Made by a program: the position numbers and the translations under genes
In this document: piece after piece, positions 48,151-59,828 of the stretch
Position numbering within the stretch: position 1 is the first letter of the stretch
How the letters are laid out: the number at the start of each line of letters is the position of its first letter
The notes under the pieces: model-generated
Database searches by the model: none
What the model saw: only the letters and a program-made list of their open reading frames with translations
Told to the model about the DNA's origin: nothing
Origin: Amoebophrya sp. A120
Taxonomy: Eukaryota; Protista; Dinoflagellata
Direction: 5' to 3'
Length of the DNA: 64,000 bases
Assembly: GCA_905178155.1 (NCBI GenBank)
Contig: CAJINV010000001.1
Span: 8,881,170-8,945,169, forward strand

Positions 48151-51100
48151 ATGGTATACATCTACATGACGTCTGTCTGGAGGGCAGCCTTTCTCCTCGT
48201 ACGGGTGGCAGCTGAGGCTGTTCCGGGGCCGGGAGTACCAGGTCATGCTGCGCCAGTCATCGAAGATGGAGATGCTCGCGGCCCCACGACCTCCGCAGGA
48301 AGCGGACCCCTATTGCTGGGGCAAGAAGATTCGCCGACCACAGGAGCGGAGATTCAGCCCGAAGACGCCGACCACATAGGAGCATTGATGCCAACATCAG
48401 TCACAATGAGCCGTGGTACCACCACGGCGTCGACGTCGCAACTGCTGCAAACCGCCTCCACCGAAGTGACATTTGACGGCCAAGCTGTTGGTGAGTTGCG
48501 TGTCGATCCGCCTGTGGCAGACGAGAACAAGATGAATCTACCCGACGTTTATTCTGATCAACCCACGACAACATCGTCGTCGTCGTACCTACTCTTAGTG
48601 CCCCCGAACGTCACACGCCTGGAATTACAAGATGCGAGCACGGACTTTGACGGAGAGGACCTCGAAGACGGTGAAGATCTCGACCCTTTCATCTCGTTTT
48701 TGCAGTCCGATGAAAAGACGAAGACTACAAGCGAGCGGCGGTGGTTCTCCGAGGCGCTAGGGCAGCTGAAGGAGGAGGAAACCGACGATGACGACGACAA
48801 CGATCCGCTATTCAACTTCGACAACGACGTGGAACTGGTAAATCATGCCAACCTGAACGAAGAGCACGAAAAGTTCAATGACCGCACAGACGAAACGGAA
48901 ACGGAAAATGATCACGAAAGCTTGCTAGAAGTTGTCAAACGCCGAAAAAGAAAAATGCAGCATCGCGGCGGCGGGTCGTGGGTTGTTGATGACGAGTCAG
49001 CTCCGTTTGAACGGATATCAAAAAAAGGACAGACGGTAGAATTGCGGGACGTGCTGCAGAGGGCCACGAAAGGTCGCCAGGGAGCGTTCTGGAACAAGCT
49101 TCTTGACAGGGTGGAAGTCAAGGCGCAACTACCCAACGGGGCACCGCCAGCTCTCGGCGAAACAAAGGTCTCTGTCTCTCGACCGACGGGAACCGTGGAC
49201 TATTGCCGGCCAAGACTTCTGCACGAGAAATTGGTATTCCGGGGAAAAGATGAAATTGCACCCGATCAGCGCGCGCCCTTTGGACTGGCGGCAACCGCAA
49301 GAGCACTGTCCAAAGGCTTCTCCAAGTTGAACCCCCTAGCGAACGGCCTGGTCTGTGACTCGAAACTTGCTGGGGTGTCGTGCGCAAACGCCGACCTGAA
49401 AATCACAAAAGAAGTCGACTTGCAGACGAAGAAATACATATCTAGTTGGAAGTACCACCACACCGACGCGACGCTGGCGGAAGACCTCACCCGGCGGGAT
49501 CTGCTGGGCAATCCGCAAGTCCAAAAAGTGAGCGCCTGCGACAACCCCCCGCTGATCACAAAGAATGAGAACAACGGCGGTGCAGGTGCTGGGAACGAAC
49601 GCTGTTGCACACAGGTAACCACTTACCGGGTGGGCCTCCTGACGCGGAATAGTAAGGCCGTCGACTGGACCTGGGTTCAGCACGTCGCCCCGGCGCTCTT
49701 TGACAACCAGCAGGTGGGCACGAACCGGGTCAGCATTGCGCACTTTTTCCAGCGCCTAGAAAAGCTGAACGACATGACCTCCCCTGGAGGGAAGCAGAAG
49801 CACGCACTCGCGGTGGATCGACTCGTTGCCAACTTCGGAAGTCAATTTCATCGCTTCGGGAAGGCGTTTGTGAAGTGGATGAAAAATGTCGCAAAAGGAA
49901 GCGAGTTGAACGATCTCCGGTCTCTGTTTGTGGAACTCACCGACAATGAAGATGATCCGGACGAAACCGAGGACTCTGCCTTCGTTTTTAGCGGCCAAGG
50001 GAGACGCGCTTCGTCCAACAGCGCCGACGATAAACTTTGGAACGAGTTCATAAGTGCGAAGAAAATGGACAAACGTCATCAAGATGAACAAGGTGCTGAC
50101 GACTTGCACTTCTCGGTACCAGCTGGACGCCCGCCGCTGCCTAGCGGTAGCGCTGCGGCTGGGGAGCCGCGCGAGGAGGAGGACAATGAACCGAAAAAAC
50201 CCGGAACGCCAACAAAACCTTCTGTTAGCAGGGGTAAAAGGGACAAACCGCGAAGCAGCAGGGAAATCAGGCGGACCCGGAAGAAAAAACGCGAGAAAGA
50301 GCTTTCAGTCAGAAAGCCTTTCTCGCGCAAAAACCAACGAGAAAGAGCTTTCATTCAGAAAGTCTTCAGTCCACTGTCGCTCCTTCAGAACATGCAAATC
50401 ATGCGCCGCCAGGTGCACACATCTCCGCGTAGTACGCCGGGGCTCGAGAAGCTTACAAACGGACTTGGCGGCATCCTGCATGAACAGTTCCAATATCATG
50501 CTGACCAAAATCACGCTTCCGACAATGAAGTTGCGGGGCGTTGCCGTCTTGCACACGAGTTTGTGAGCCCATGCCCACACCAATTCGCAGAACGTATCGC
50601 CAAACGTGTTGGCTTGAAACCGACAACGGTCATCGCTTCCTGCCGTGCGCCGAAGTGCTGGTGGCAGAGCAGAGCGTCTCCAAACCACCACCTGGAGGCC
50701 GAGGTTTCGCTGGAGGACTGCAGCCGGCACAAGAATCACCTCGACTGTGAACAGACGGACTGCTGTGCCTGGAGTAAAACAGAGGCGAGTATGGCAACCG
50801 CGGAAAGCTTTGGCAACGTGCGTGACCGGACCGGACTCCTTTCCGCCGGACTCGCATCTCCTACCTCTTTGGTGCCTCGCGTGTGGCGCGACGTATGGAA
50901 GGTTCTAAACCAGAGCCCGCCGGCGCGAGAAAAAGGGGAAGGGGTCCTGCGGCAGTACTGGCGTGAGGAGCTGCGGGGCAGGCGCGAGGTGCGAAACTGC
51001 CTGGTGCGACGTGCGCACGAATCGACACAGCTTGTGACGCCGCTGACGTTCTTCAAGACGGAAAATGATGACCCGGGGGCAGCAGCACCAAGAACCCAGT

Positions 51101-54100
51101 GGGAATTCTGGCACTCGGTGTATTTCCGTTTGGTGGCCTACAAGGGGCGAAAGTGCTTCGTCGTGGGGCGCGGAGGAGGCACGAACACGCTGCAGTTGAA
51201 GTGTCCCTCTGATTACACACTACAGGGCGAAACCCGTACCATCGGTGGCAAGCGCAAGCCAAAAACGCTGCATGCGGAATGGGATGCGCAGATCTTTTTC
51301 GAGGCTTTGCCTACCGAGCTGGCTCCGTGGCGCCTCGCCTACACCCTGCGCAGCTGCGGCGAGGCTGCACAGGCCTGGTTAGACTTGGCCTGGCTGATAC
51401 AGGAACTCCTGGTGCCGTCGCCGCAGAAGGCGGCCAGCTCCAACGTACGCAAGGAGACCTGGCTGGCCGCGGTAGCATTGGTCAATGCATTGGAAATATC
51501 CCAAGAAAAAAAGTGCTACAGTTACACATTTCATGCGGTCTAAATTCAGCTTTAGCAACACAAACTTTCTCTAAACGACGACAGAAAAAACTTGCAACGC
51601 ACCTGCAGAAATCATTTATGGTGGAATAAAGCACGTACGAATGGACTACGAAATTAGGCTCCTGAGAAGCATGTCCAGCGGCATGACGTCTTGCTTGTCC
51701 CGTAACCCAATTTGTCGCTGTAGTAGTGTTTTATTTTCATAGCGAACGGATGCCAGCGCCATGGTCTTTTATATGGATCAGTTGCGTGAAGCAGCGTCGC
51801 TGTTCCAGGGGTCGTTGATGTATTACGTTGCCGCCACCTTCTCCCACGTCGATCTTCCGCTTTATGGCCTCAACACCGGTGCTGCGGGCCAGCAGAGCAG
51901 TTCCATGTTGGAAACGCAAGAACGGAATCGACACGGCCGCGCGTCTGGCGAAGACGCAGGGTCGTCGGCTATACAGAGCTCCGTGAATACAGGCAGCCAC
52001 ACGACGGCTGGAGGCGAGACGCCTTTCTTTGGCGTGGTTGATGGCGAAGGAAACCCCAGTGCCCTGGTGCTTTTCCTGGACTACCTTGCTCAACATTCGG
52101 ACCCTGACGTCAGAGGAGAGAGGTCCTGGATCGAGATTCTTGATCAAATCAAAAAGCTCACCGACGACCGCGAAAGTTTTGAGCGAGTACGAAAATACCT
52201 GCGCGACAAACAAGGAAACACGCACGTGCGCAGCCCCGCAACGATCGCGGACGGGTTCTCGCCGTTCTTGTTGCGGTCCGGCCGGATGTATGCACTGTGT
52301 GGAGACCATATCCCACAAAAAAACGCAGTCACCGATGAAAATGCGACAGGCTCGCTTCTATCGTAAAGTGAGCAATTATATCCATCGCGTATTCTGCAGT
52401 CATGATATCCATCTGCAGTCGTCCCGCGAAAGCAACAATCAAACAAGAGAGATCCGTTTCATTTCTGTTTGTCTGAATAAAGGTAAAGCAGCGCGCTCGA
52501 ATATATAGGGTGGAGAAGAGCTCGCAGTGTCCGTAGGTATGTTGAGAAAGCAAGAGCACTGTCTTCATTTTCTTTTTTGATACAGCGCGCCCGCGCTCAG
52601 TTCCAAACGCACCGGGAGCAGGACGATCAGAAGAGTCACAAGAAGCGAAGCGATGATGCAGCAGATGAAGAAGAGTCAACATCGACAAATCTACTAGCGA
52701 AAGCGGACACTTGGGCAAATACGGTTTTGGGCTACAAGCAAATACAACAGAGCCTGAAAAAGGTACTGTGGGGGGTGTGGACCCTTGTGGGTAAGGTTGT
52801 CTGGTCGGATTCTCGCGTGACACTAAGTCTGCTGATAAAAGCGCTCTTTTGTTCTTTCCGAGGCATGCTCGGGTGGGTTTCGCCCTTTCCGCTCTTCGGG
52901 TTGGTTCGTCAGGAGAGAAAGTACAGCAAAGGGTGGGGTATAGACGACTCCTGCGACATGATTCTGCAAGAGTGGTTATCAACTGCAAAAATGTCTGGGT
53001 CTGGAAGAGTCGGGTCTTGTCATGCGCATTTTGCATGACCCGTGAGATCTGTGATGCTGGTGCTAGCATCACAGATTTTTTGAGAGCTCCTTGATGCTAA
53101 ACACGCACGAGAAATGCCCTCTCCGGGTGCCAAGAACTGACTCCTCTTGCTGCTCATGCAAGACAGATATTTTTAGAATCCGCAGACAGCGATTACAAGT
53201 GTCATTCTTCCAGACCCAGACATATTTGCAATCCATAGTGGTGGGCCCGGCTCCACATGCTGTTCACCTCCGTCAACGCCGCTATCTTAGTTTATCAAAT
53301 GCAAAAATGTCTGGGTCTGGAAGGTTGGAAGACTTGTCATGCAGGTCTTCCATGACACGTGAGGTCTGTCATAGTACATGACCCAGCATGACAGATTCTG
53401 TCTCACCTCTATCAGGCCTCGTCTGCATGAGAAACTTCCTTTCAACTTGGTCAAAAGTGGACAGCTTTTGGCATTCATGCAACACAGATTTTTGCACGAT
53501 TCAGAATTAGCATTACAGGTCGCAACCTTCCAGACCCAGACACTTTTGCAATGCATATAGTTCCGGTACTTGCGATCTTGCCCATGCAAGCTTTGTTCAA
53601 AGGGATGCTAGTGGAGTTGCCTCATATGCTCAACAAGGCGTCCGGCGACACTCTGGGCCTCCTCGACCTGAACCAAATTGGGGAAAAGGTCGGCACTGCC
53701 TTCGGCGACCCGGGGGTAGTAATTGTGGATTTCTGCAACATGGTCTTCCACGCGGCGACTCTTCCCGTTGGCGGCTTTTCGATAGCGGCCCCCGACATCG
53801 TGTGCAAATTCCTTCACAAAGTGTTTTCCCAGTTCCTCCTTATGGTCGCAATCCACTACGGCATGGTGCTCGCGGGCAGCACCGACAATGTGTTGCACGA
53901 GATCGAGGACGTGCTTGCCGTTTGCGCGCGCTACAAGGCAAAGGCTGATCAGCAAATGGCCCGGTCGCGGACGCAACTTGAGTACAACCACGGAGCTTTC
54001 GCGGCGGCCTTTTTCGTCATGGAAGCGGCTGCGCACGTCTTTGGCTTCATCATGAATCACTTTTTGGTAGGCGCGATTCCCGACACGATCTTCGGCGCGA

Positions 54101-57100
54101 TCTACCTGGGGCTAATGATCCCGAATCTCGCCTGCGTTCTGAACCCCTTTATCTTCTGGCGCGTGCAACAGAAAGTGAACGCTAAATTTTACGAGGACGA
54201 AGAAGGCGACTACCTGCAGAGCGTCACGCTCGGTTCTCGTAGTAGCAGGCTTGCCGAGGAGCTCCTCCAGGACGCAAGTCTGGCGATGCACGCCCCCGGG
54301 CGGCTCAGGGGGTTGGAAACGCTCTTTTTCGCGAACCCCGACAAGGGCGAGACCTGTTTTCCCCGCACGCCAAGAAAAGGCCCGGGGGAAGACCTGGTCT
54401 GCTTTCAGCGCCGCAAGCTCCGCAACGTCGTTCATTCCGGACAAAACTCCCTCGTATGGACTTGAAAAAATCATTGTTGTTGATGTCGATTTGTGTTGCA
54501 TCGAAAAAACTTGATATTCCCAAATCTGATGTCGATGAAGAAAAAAATCTGTGAAGCTGGAATAGATACACTTTGATGTCAACTTTGCCTCGGCTCTGGC
54601 TCAACCTCAACAGCTTTAATTTCGTTATTGCTTAGCCGCGACACAAAGTACGACTGACCGACAGCCGATTTATTTCTAGTCGGGAAACGCGAAGAAGAAA
54701 GAAATGCTCGAGCACTCGCGACGTTCGTGGAAAACCAACTGAGGCCCTATTACGAAAAGCACCGAGCTGGGACGGGCACATCTTCCAGCACCAAGAGCAA
54801 CGACAAGAAGTACAAGACCTCCCTGTGGTCGCTTTTCCTGCAAAAGCAAAGTGAAAAAACCTCATCTTCCCGGGGGGATCAGCTCACGAAGACCGAAGAG
54901 CTACTGCATGAAGGGTCGGGGAACGAATTCAATGTGTACCGCGCCGCCTTGCGCACCCTGCCTGCCGACGTGTTCGAGGATGCTCAGAAAGCCACACTGC
55001 ACGGATTCGAAAGGATTGTTATCAACGCGGTCGCAGAGGCAGCGGAAAACCATGTCCGTCCGCGCGCAGAGTCCATGATAAGCAGCTGCATCCATATGAC
55101 GAGAGATCTTGTGCACAACTGCTCCCAACCCTCCGCCTCATTTGTAATTTTTGTGTTGATGCACATTCTTCGACAGAAGAAGAAGTACCAAATTCACTGA
55201 ATTGCTATTGCATTTTTTTGCAGTTGTTGCTTGGTGTGTTGCAGCTGTGGATGACCTTCACTTTCGAATGAGGCCGATTTTTATAGGGGAACAGTTTTGC
55301 CCTCTCGTAGTCAAGGAGCTTACAGCGCAAGGGTGCCTGGTATCCGGAGCGTCTGACCTTGGGGTGACCGGATTTTCCGGAGATTGCGAAGAGGTGGATA
55401 AACACAGCAAGAAAATTGTCGCGAAGATGCTGAGACAAGGTAGAAGGCAAGAACAACATGGAACAACTACGCCCGAAGATGTTGCCCTTGTTCCCGAGCA
55501 CTTGGAAGCCCTTGTCCGCGAATTGCGCCAGAACTTGCTCCCGCTAGAGGGCCTGAAGGTCACGAAGACAGGTATAGTCGGCGGCTCTTCTGAACGGATC
55601 ACTCACGTGACGGAGGACCTGCTCGTTGAGGCGGGGACTCTGCCTGTGCAGATTGGTTTTGCTTTGTATTGGGGACGCGAAAAGCTGTTCCACGACCCGG
55701 AGCGCTATCCTGGTGGCTACTCCGCGGGTGACCTCGTCGAGTTTTCGCCGAGCGAGGGAGTTACCAGGTACTGCGTGTTTGTTGGGCTAGCCGACATCCC
55801 CTTCCAGGCTACCTCCTCCAGGGGCGGTAGGAATAGTAAAGAGGACAGTACGAAAAGCAGCCCGCACATTCTCCCAATTAACTTGGAGTGTCCTCTGGCC
55901 GGACGTACCAACCTCGAGTCCGACGACCCCCGCTTACTTCATTGGAACCATGTCGGATACTACCCTAACGTCCAGAAAATCGTAAACAACCGGCAGAAAA
56001 ATAAACCCGCAGAAGATCTTCACGCCGCGCCACCCAAGAAACAAGGCCATACAACTGCTCCTGCTCAAAAAGAACAGGAAGAGGAAGCTCACGGCCACGG
56101 TCATGGATACCCGGACTATGGAAATTGGTTGTCCTTTCAGAACTTCATATCCTACATGCTCATGGACGATGGCGTGGAGACGATCACCACCGACATTGGC
56201 GATATTCGCCCCTTCGGCTTCCGTATCCCAAACAAAAGTCAGCTACTCGTAGACAAAAATATTGAATAGCCACGAGAGCAGCGGCCAATAAGCCTGATCG
56301 TAGTCGTAGAGTTGTAAATGATTCATGCTAGGCCAACGCCCACTTGCGCCCTTGCGTTGCGAGGCCGAATGTGTTGTAGCTCGAATCTTCAGCAAGCAGC
56401 ACGTCGTGTCCACTTGACCGAGACTTTTGCGCAACGGGATACTCTACGCCATGAAGGCGTTGCACAGACAAGAACCCGATATCTACTACGGCCAGGGAAC
56501 CTTCCAGGTCGGCCACCATACTGTCCGTGTCCCCCGATCAAAAAGATTTTCTGACTGCGTCTTCAACTTTGAGTTGTTTGAACAGCTTTTGCAGTTTTCG
56601 GCACGAGTGGCACAGAAGCACTTCACGACCCGCGAATACCGACTGCGAATAGAGGGAAAAGAAGCTACCGGGCACGCCCAACGTGCGCAGCACCATGCCT
56701 CTTTGTGCATTGCAAACATGTCACCCTACACGGCAATAAATGGTAATGGCTAGTGCGCGTGAGATGTATGTAAATATCATCTGCCATTTGTACTTGGGCC
56801 TGCATTGCGATGTTGCTTGAAAGAATTGCGATGGTGGACAAGCCGGCAAAAACGCGCGGTGGATTATTCTTTAGGCACCGCGGAAGCTCCTGCGGTGTTC
56901 TGTTTATTGCTGAGTGTGCATGCTCGTAGCTGCCGCACGCATATCAGCATGAAGCGGCTGCGCATAAACCATCCGAAAAATAGATTCATATGCATATGCC
57001 TTGATATCCCGATCTTTCGGCCACATTGCGCGCGTTCCATCTCCAATTTGGACGGACATGTTTGCGTTTTTCTATCGGCATACGAACCAGCCACACGAAC

Positions 57101-57546
57101 CGGGTCGATGGACGTTGCGCGCATGAAGTTAGAAAAAGAATACCAGAGGGAGCTGCTCGAAGATATCGTAGAAAAAAACGCTAGCGCCTGCACACAATTT
57201 TTGTAAAGCCGTACTTTCCGAGATACATAGATGTCGCAACTGATCAGAGCTGGGAGTGGGATGTTGACAGATGCATGACTGGTCACAAAATGCCGTGTCG
57301 TCCATTAAATTTGCATAATTCGCAACGAAGATACGTTGACGTGCGCAGGTTTTTTTCTACGTGATGCAAAAGCTGCGAGCAATAAAAGAAACGTCCCTCC
57401 TTGAAGCGAGCACGGAGTGCCAGAGAGACCGGCACAGAAACTGGATTTCTGGCTTGAATCCTTTTGGAAGCGACGAGCTTGGGTCGCTCTGGTACGCTCT
57501 GGAAGATTTCTCATACGCCAATCGTGAGCACGATGTAGAGCATTGA
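48151..57546 (+). CDS. Very large secreted/membrane protein of unknown function (multi-exon; may be more than one gene)
   Basis: Signal-peptide-like start. ORFs 48151, 51743, 52577, 53243, 53551, ~54690, ~55245, ~56443, ~57091 and ~57361 can be chained in frame through GT-AG introns and TIR elements. Hydrophobic segments at ~52750-54160. Several junctions are ambiguous. Confidence 0.6.
51497..51741. mobile_element. Decayed TIR intron element (TAT...ATA)
   Basis: Left TATCCCAAGAAAAAAAGTGCTACAG vs right reverse complement TATGAAAATAAAACACTACTACAG; flanks GGAAA / GCGAA; frame-restoring. Confidence 0.55.
52977..53237. mobile_element. Introner-like element, family A, 261 bp
   Basis: 30-bp TIR with 4 mismatches; perfect TSD GTGGT (52972-76 / 53238-42); removal gives QEW|WARLH. 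Confidence 0.92.
53293..53557. mobile_element. Introner-like element, family A, 265 bp
   Basis: ~35-bp TIR (left starts with the same 30-mer as 27210); perfect TSD TAGTT (53288-92 / 53558-62); removal gives AILV|PVLA. Confidence 0.92.
54455..54686. mobile_element. Decayed TIR-bearing intron
   Basis: Left TATGGACTTGAAAAAATC vs right reverse complement ...GACTAGAAATAAATC; flanks CCTCG / ACGCG; removal gives QNSL|EEERN. Confidence 0.45.
56224..56441. mobile_element. Decayed TIR intron element (TAT...ATA)
   Basis: Left TATCCCAAACAAAAGTC vs right reverse complement TATCCCGTTGCGCAAAAGTC; joins ORF 55202 to ORF 56427 in frame. Confidence 0.6.
57164..57366. mobile_element. Decayed TIR-bearing intron
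   Basis: Perfect 13-bp IR CGTAGAAAAAAAC (57167-79) / GTTTTTTTCTACG (57349-61); in-frame canonical GT-AG registers also exist. Confidence 0.55.
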
Positions 57547-57749
57547 AAATAATCCATCTTAGCCTTTTATTTTTCTTCGAGCAAAAAAGTACGCAAAAAA
57601 TGCGATAGCGATAGCGTGTCTTACTTTCCTCTTTACAACATAACACGAAACTCACTCACATTTTTCTCAGCATGCGCAATGCGAATATTTCGAAACTGGG
57701 GCGTAAGCGATTGTGATGTGTGTTTTTTTTTTAATTGGATTTTCAGTGC

Positions 57750-59828
57750 GGATTAATGAGGATTATTATGCCACCCCAACTCGACATAGTGTTGAGAAAA
57801 TCAAACTACAAGCATATCATAGGCAAGACACAGTGTGCAGTCATGGTGGTGCGTCTGCTTATTCACACGCAGCATGATAATTAGCTCGGTTTTTTTGAAG
57901 AAGCCGCGGCATGTGTGCTTGGTTGTTGTTTTCCATGAAGTAGTTATCTCATCACAAGACCTCGAAGCTTCTGCAAAGCCAACAAATTTTTAATGGTGAA
58001 GGAGTCGCATGTTGTTGCTGTTGGACAAAAGCAAACGCCAGCAGCTGATGTTTCCTGAGTCCCTATAGTAGCTAGGACAGGACACCAGCTTCTCTTTCCA
58101 TATGCTCCACCATGATGATTACTTACATGGCAGGGGCTGGAAATGCGTCATCATGAACATGGGGTCGGTATCGCCATTCGATTTTTTTTTTTTTGGTTTT
58201 TTTTCTCGTGGCGGAAAGTTTCTGGCTCGCCTCGGCAGCTTATACAGTGCCGAAGAAGGTTTCTCTAAGTTGGTTTTTTTTTGGTAAATCAGAACTAAGC
58301 GATGAATATAGAACAACGACAACGACAACGAGCGACAAGCTAGCAGTCAACAGAGAACGCGGCAAAGGAAAATGTTCAAGATGAGTCTGGAAGCCGCAAG
58401 CCCCGCGGCTGCAAATACTTGCAGCAGCACTGCCACTGGCAGCGCCGAGATGTCTGGAGGGCGCGCGCCGGCGGAGCACCCCCGCAGACGAGAGTTCAGG
58501 ATGGTTTGCACGCTGGGCTCCGGGGGATTCGGCACCGTGAAGCTAGTGCACGCAAGGGACAACGAAGCACAGTGCTTTGCCATGAAGGTCATCGAGAAGA
58601 GCCATTTGCTTGAGGCGAAGCTACTGGATCCCAAGATCAAGCAGCGACAGCAAACGGAGCGGGATGTTCTCGTGGCCTGTGCAGATCAGCGACACCCAAG
58701 CATCGTGCAGCTCCTCGAAGCATTTCAGACCAACAGAAAGCTGTACTACGTTTATGAATATTGCGACGGCGGCGAGTTGTGGGACCTGNGGATTAATGAG
58801 GATTATTATGCCACCCCAACTCGACATAGTGTTGAGAAAATCAAACTACAAGCATATCATAGGCAAGACACAGTGTGCAGTCATGGTGGTGCGTCTGCTT
58901 ATTCACACGCAGCATGATAATTAGCTCGGTTTTTTTGAAGAAGCCGCGGCATGTGCGCTTGGTTGTTGTTTTCCATGAAGTAGTTATCTCATCACAAGAC
59001 CTCGAAGCTTCTGCAAAGCCAACAAATTTTTAATGGCGAAGGAGTCGCATGTTGTTGCTGTTGGACAAAAGCAAACGCCAGCAGCTGATGTTTCCTGAGT
59101 CCCTATAGTAGCTAGGACAGGACACCAGCTTCTCTTTCCATATGCTCCACCATGATGATTACTTACATGGCAGGGGCTGGAAATGCGTCATCATGAACAT
59201 GGGGTCGGTATCGCCATTCGATTTTTTTTTTTTTGGTTTTTTTTCTCGTGGCGGAAAGTTTCTGGCTCGCCTCGGCAGCTTATACAGTGCCGAAGAAGGT
59301 TTCTCTAAGTTGGTTTTTTTTTGGTAAATCAGAACTAAGCGATGAATATAGAACAACGACAACGACAACGAGCGACAAGCTAGCAGTCAACAGAGAACGC
59401 GGCAAAGGAAAATGTTCAAGATGAGTCTGGAAGCCGCAAGCCCCGCGGCTGCAAATACTTGCAGCAGCACTGCCACTGGCAGCGCCGAGATGTCTGGAGG
59501 GCGCGCGCCGGCGGAGCACCCCCGCAGACGAGAGTTCAGGATGGTTTGCACGCTGGGCTCCGGGGGATTCGGCACCGTGAAGCTAGTGCACGCAAGGGAC
59601 AACGAAGCACAGTGCTTTGCCATGAAGGTCATCGAGAAGAGCCATTTGCTTGAGGCGAAGCTACTGGATCCCAAGATCAAGCAGCGACAGCAAACGGAGC
59701 GGGATGTTCTCGTGGCCTGTGCAGATCAGCGACACCCAAGCATCGTGCAGCTCCTCGAAGCATTTCAGACCAACAGAAAGCTGTACTACGTTTATGAATA
59801 TTGCGACGGCGGCGAGTTGTGGGACCTG
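57750..59828 (+). repeat. 1039-bp tandem duplication around a single N (probable assembly overlap)
   Basis: 57750-58788 equals 58790-59828 except for two substitutions seen (57916/58956, 57997/59037); the N sits at 58789, exactly at the junction. Confidence 0.9.

Noticed and set aside
57750-59828. Tandem duplication giving a truncated kinase paralogue (ORF 58372-58917)
   Set aside because: A single N lies exactly at the junction of two almost identical copies, typical of unmerged overlapping contig ends. Treated as an artefact unless long reads span it.
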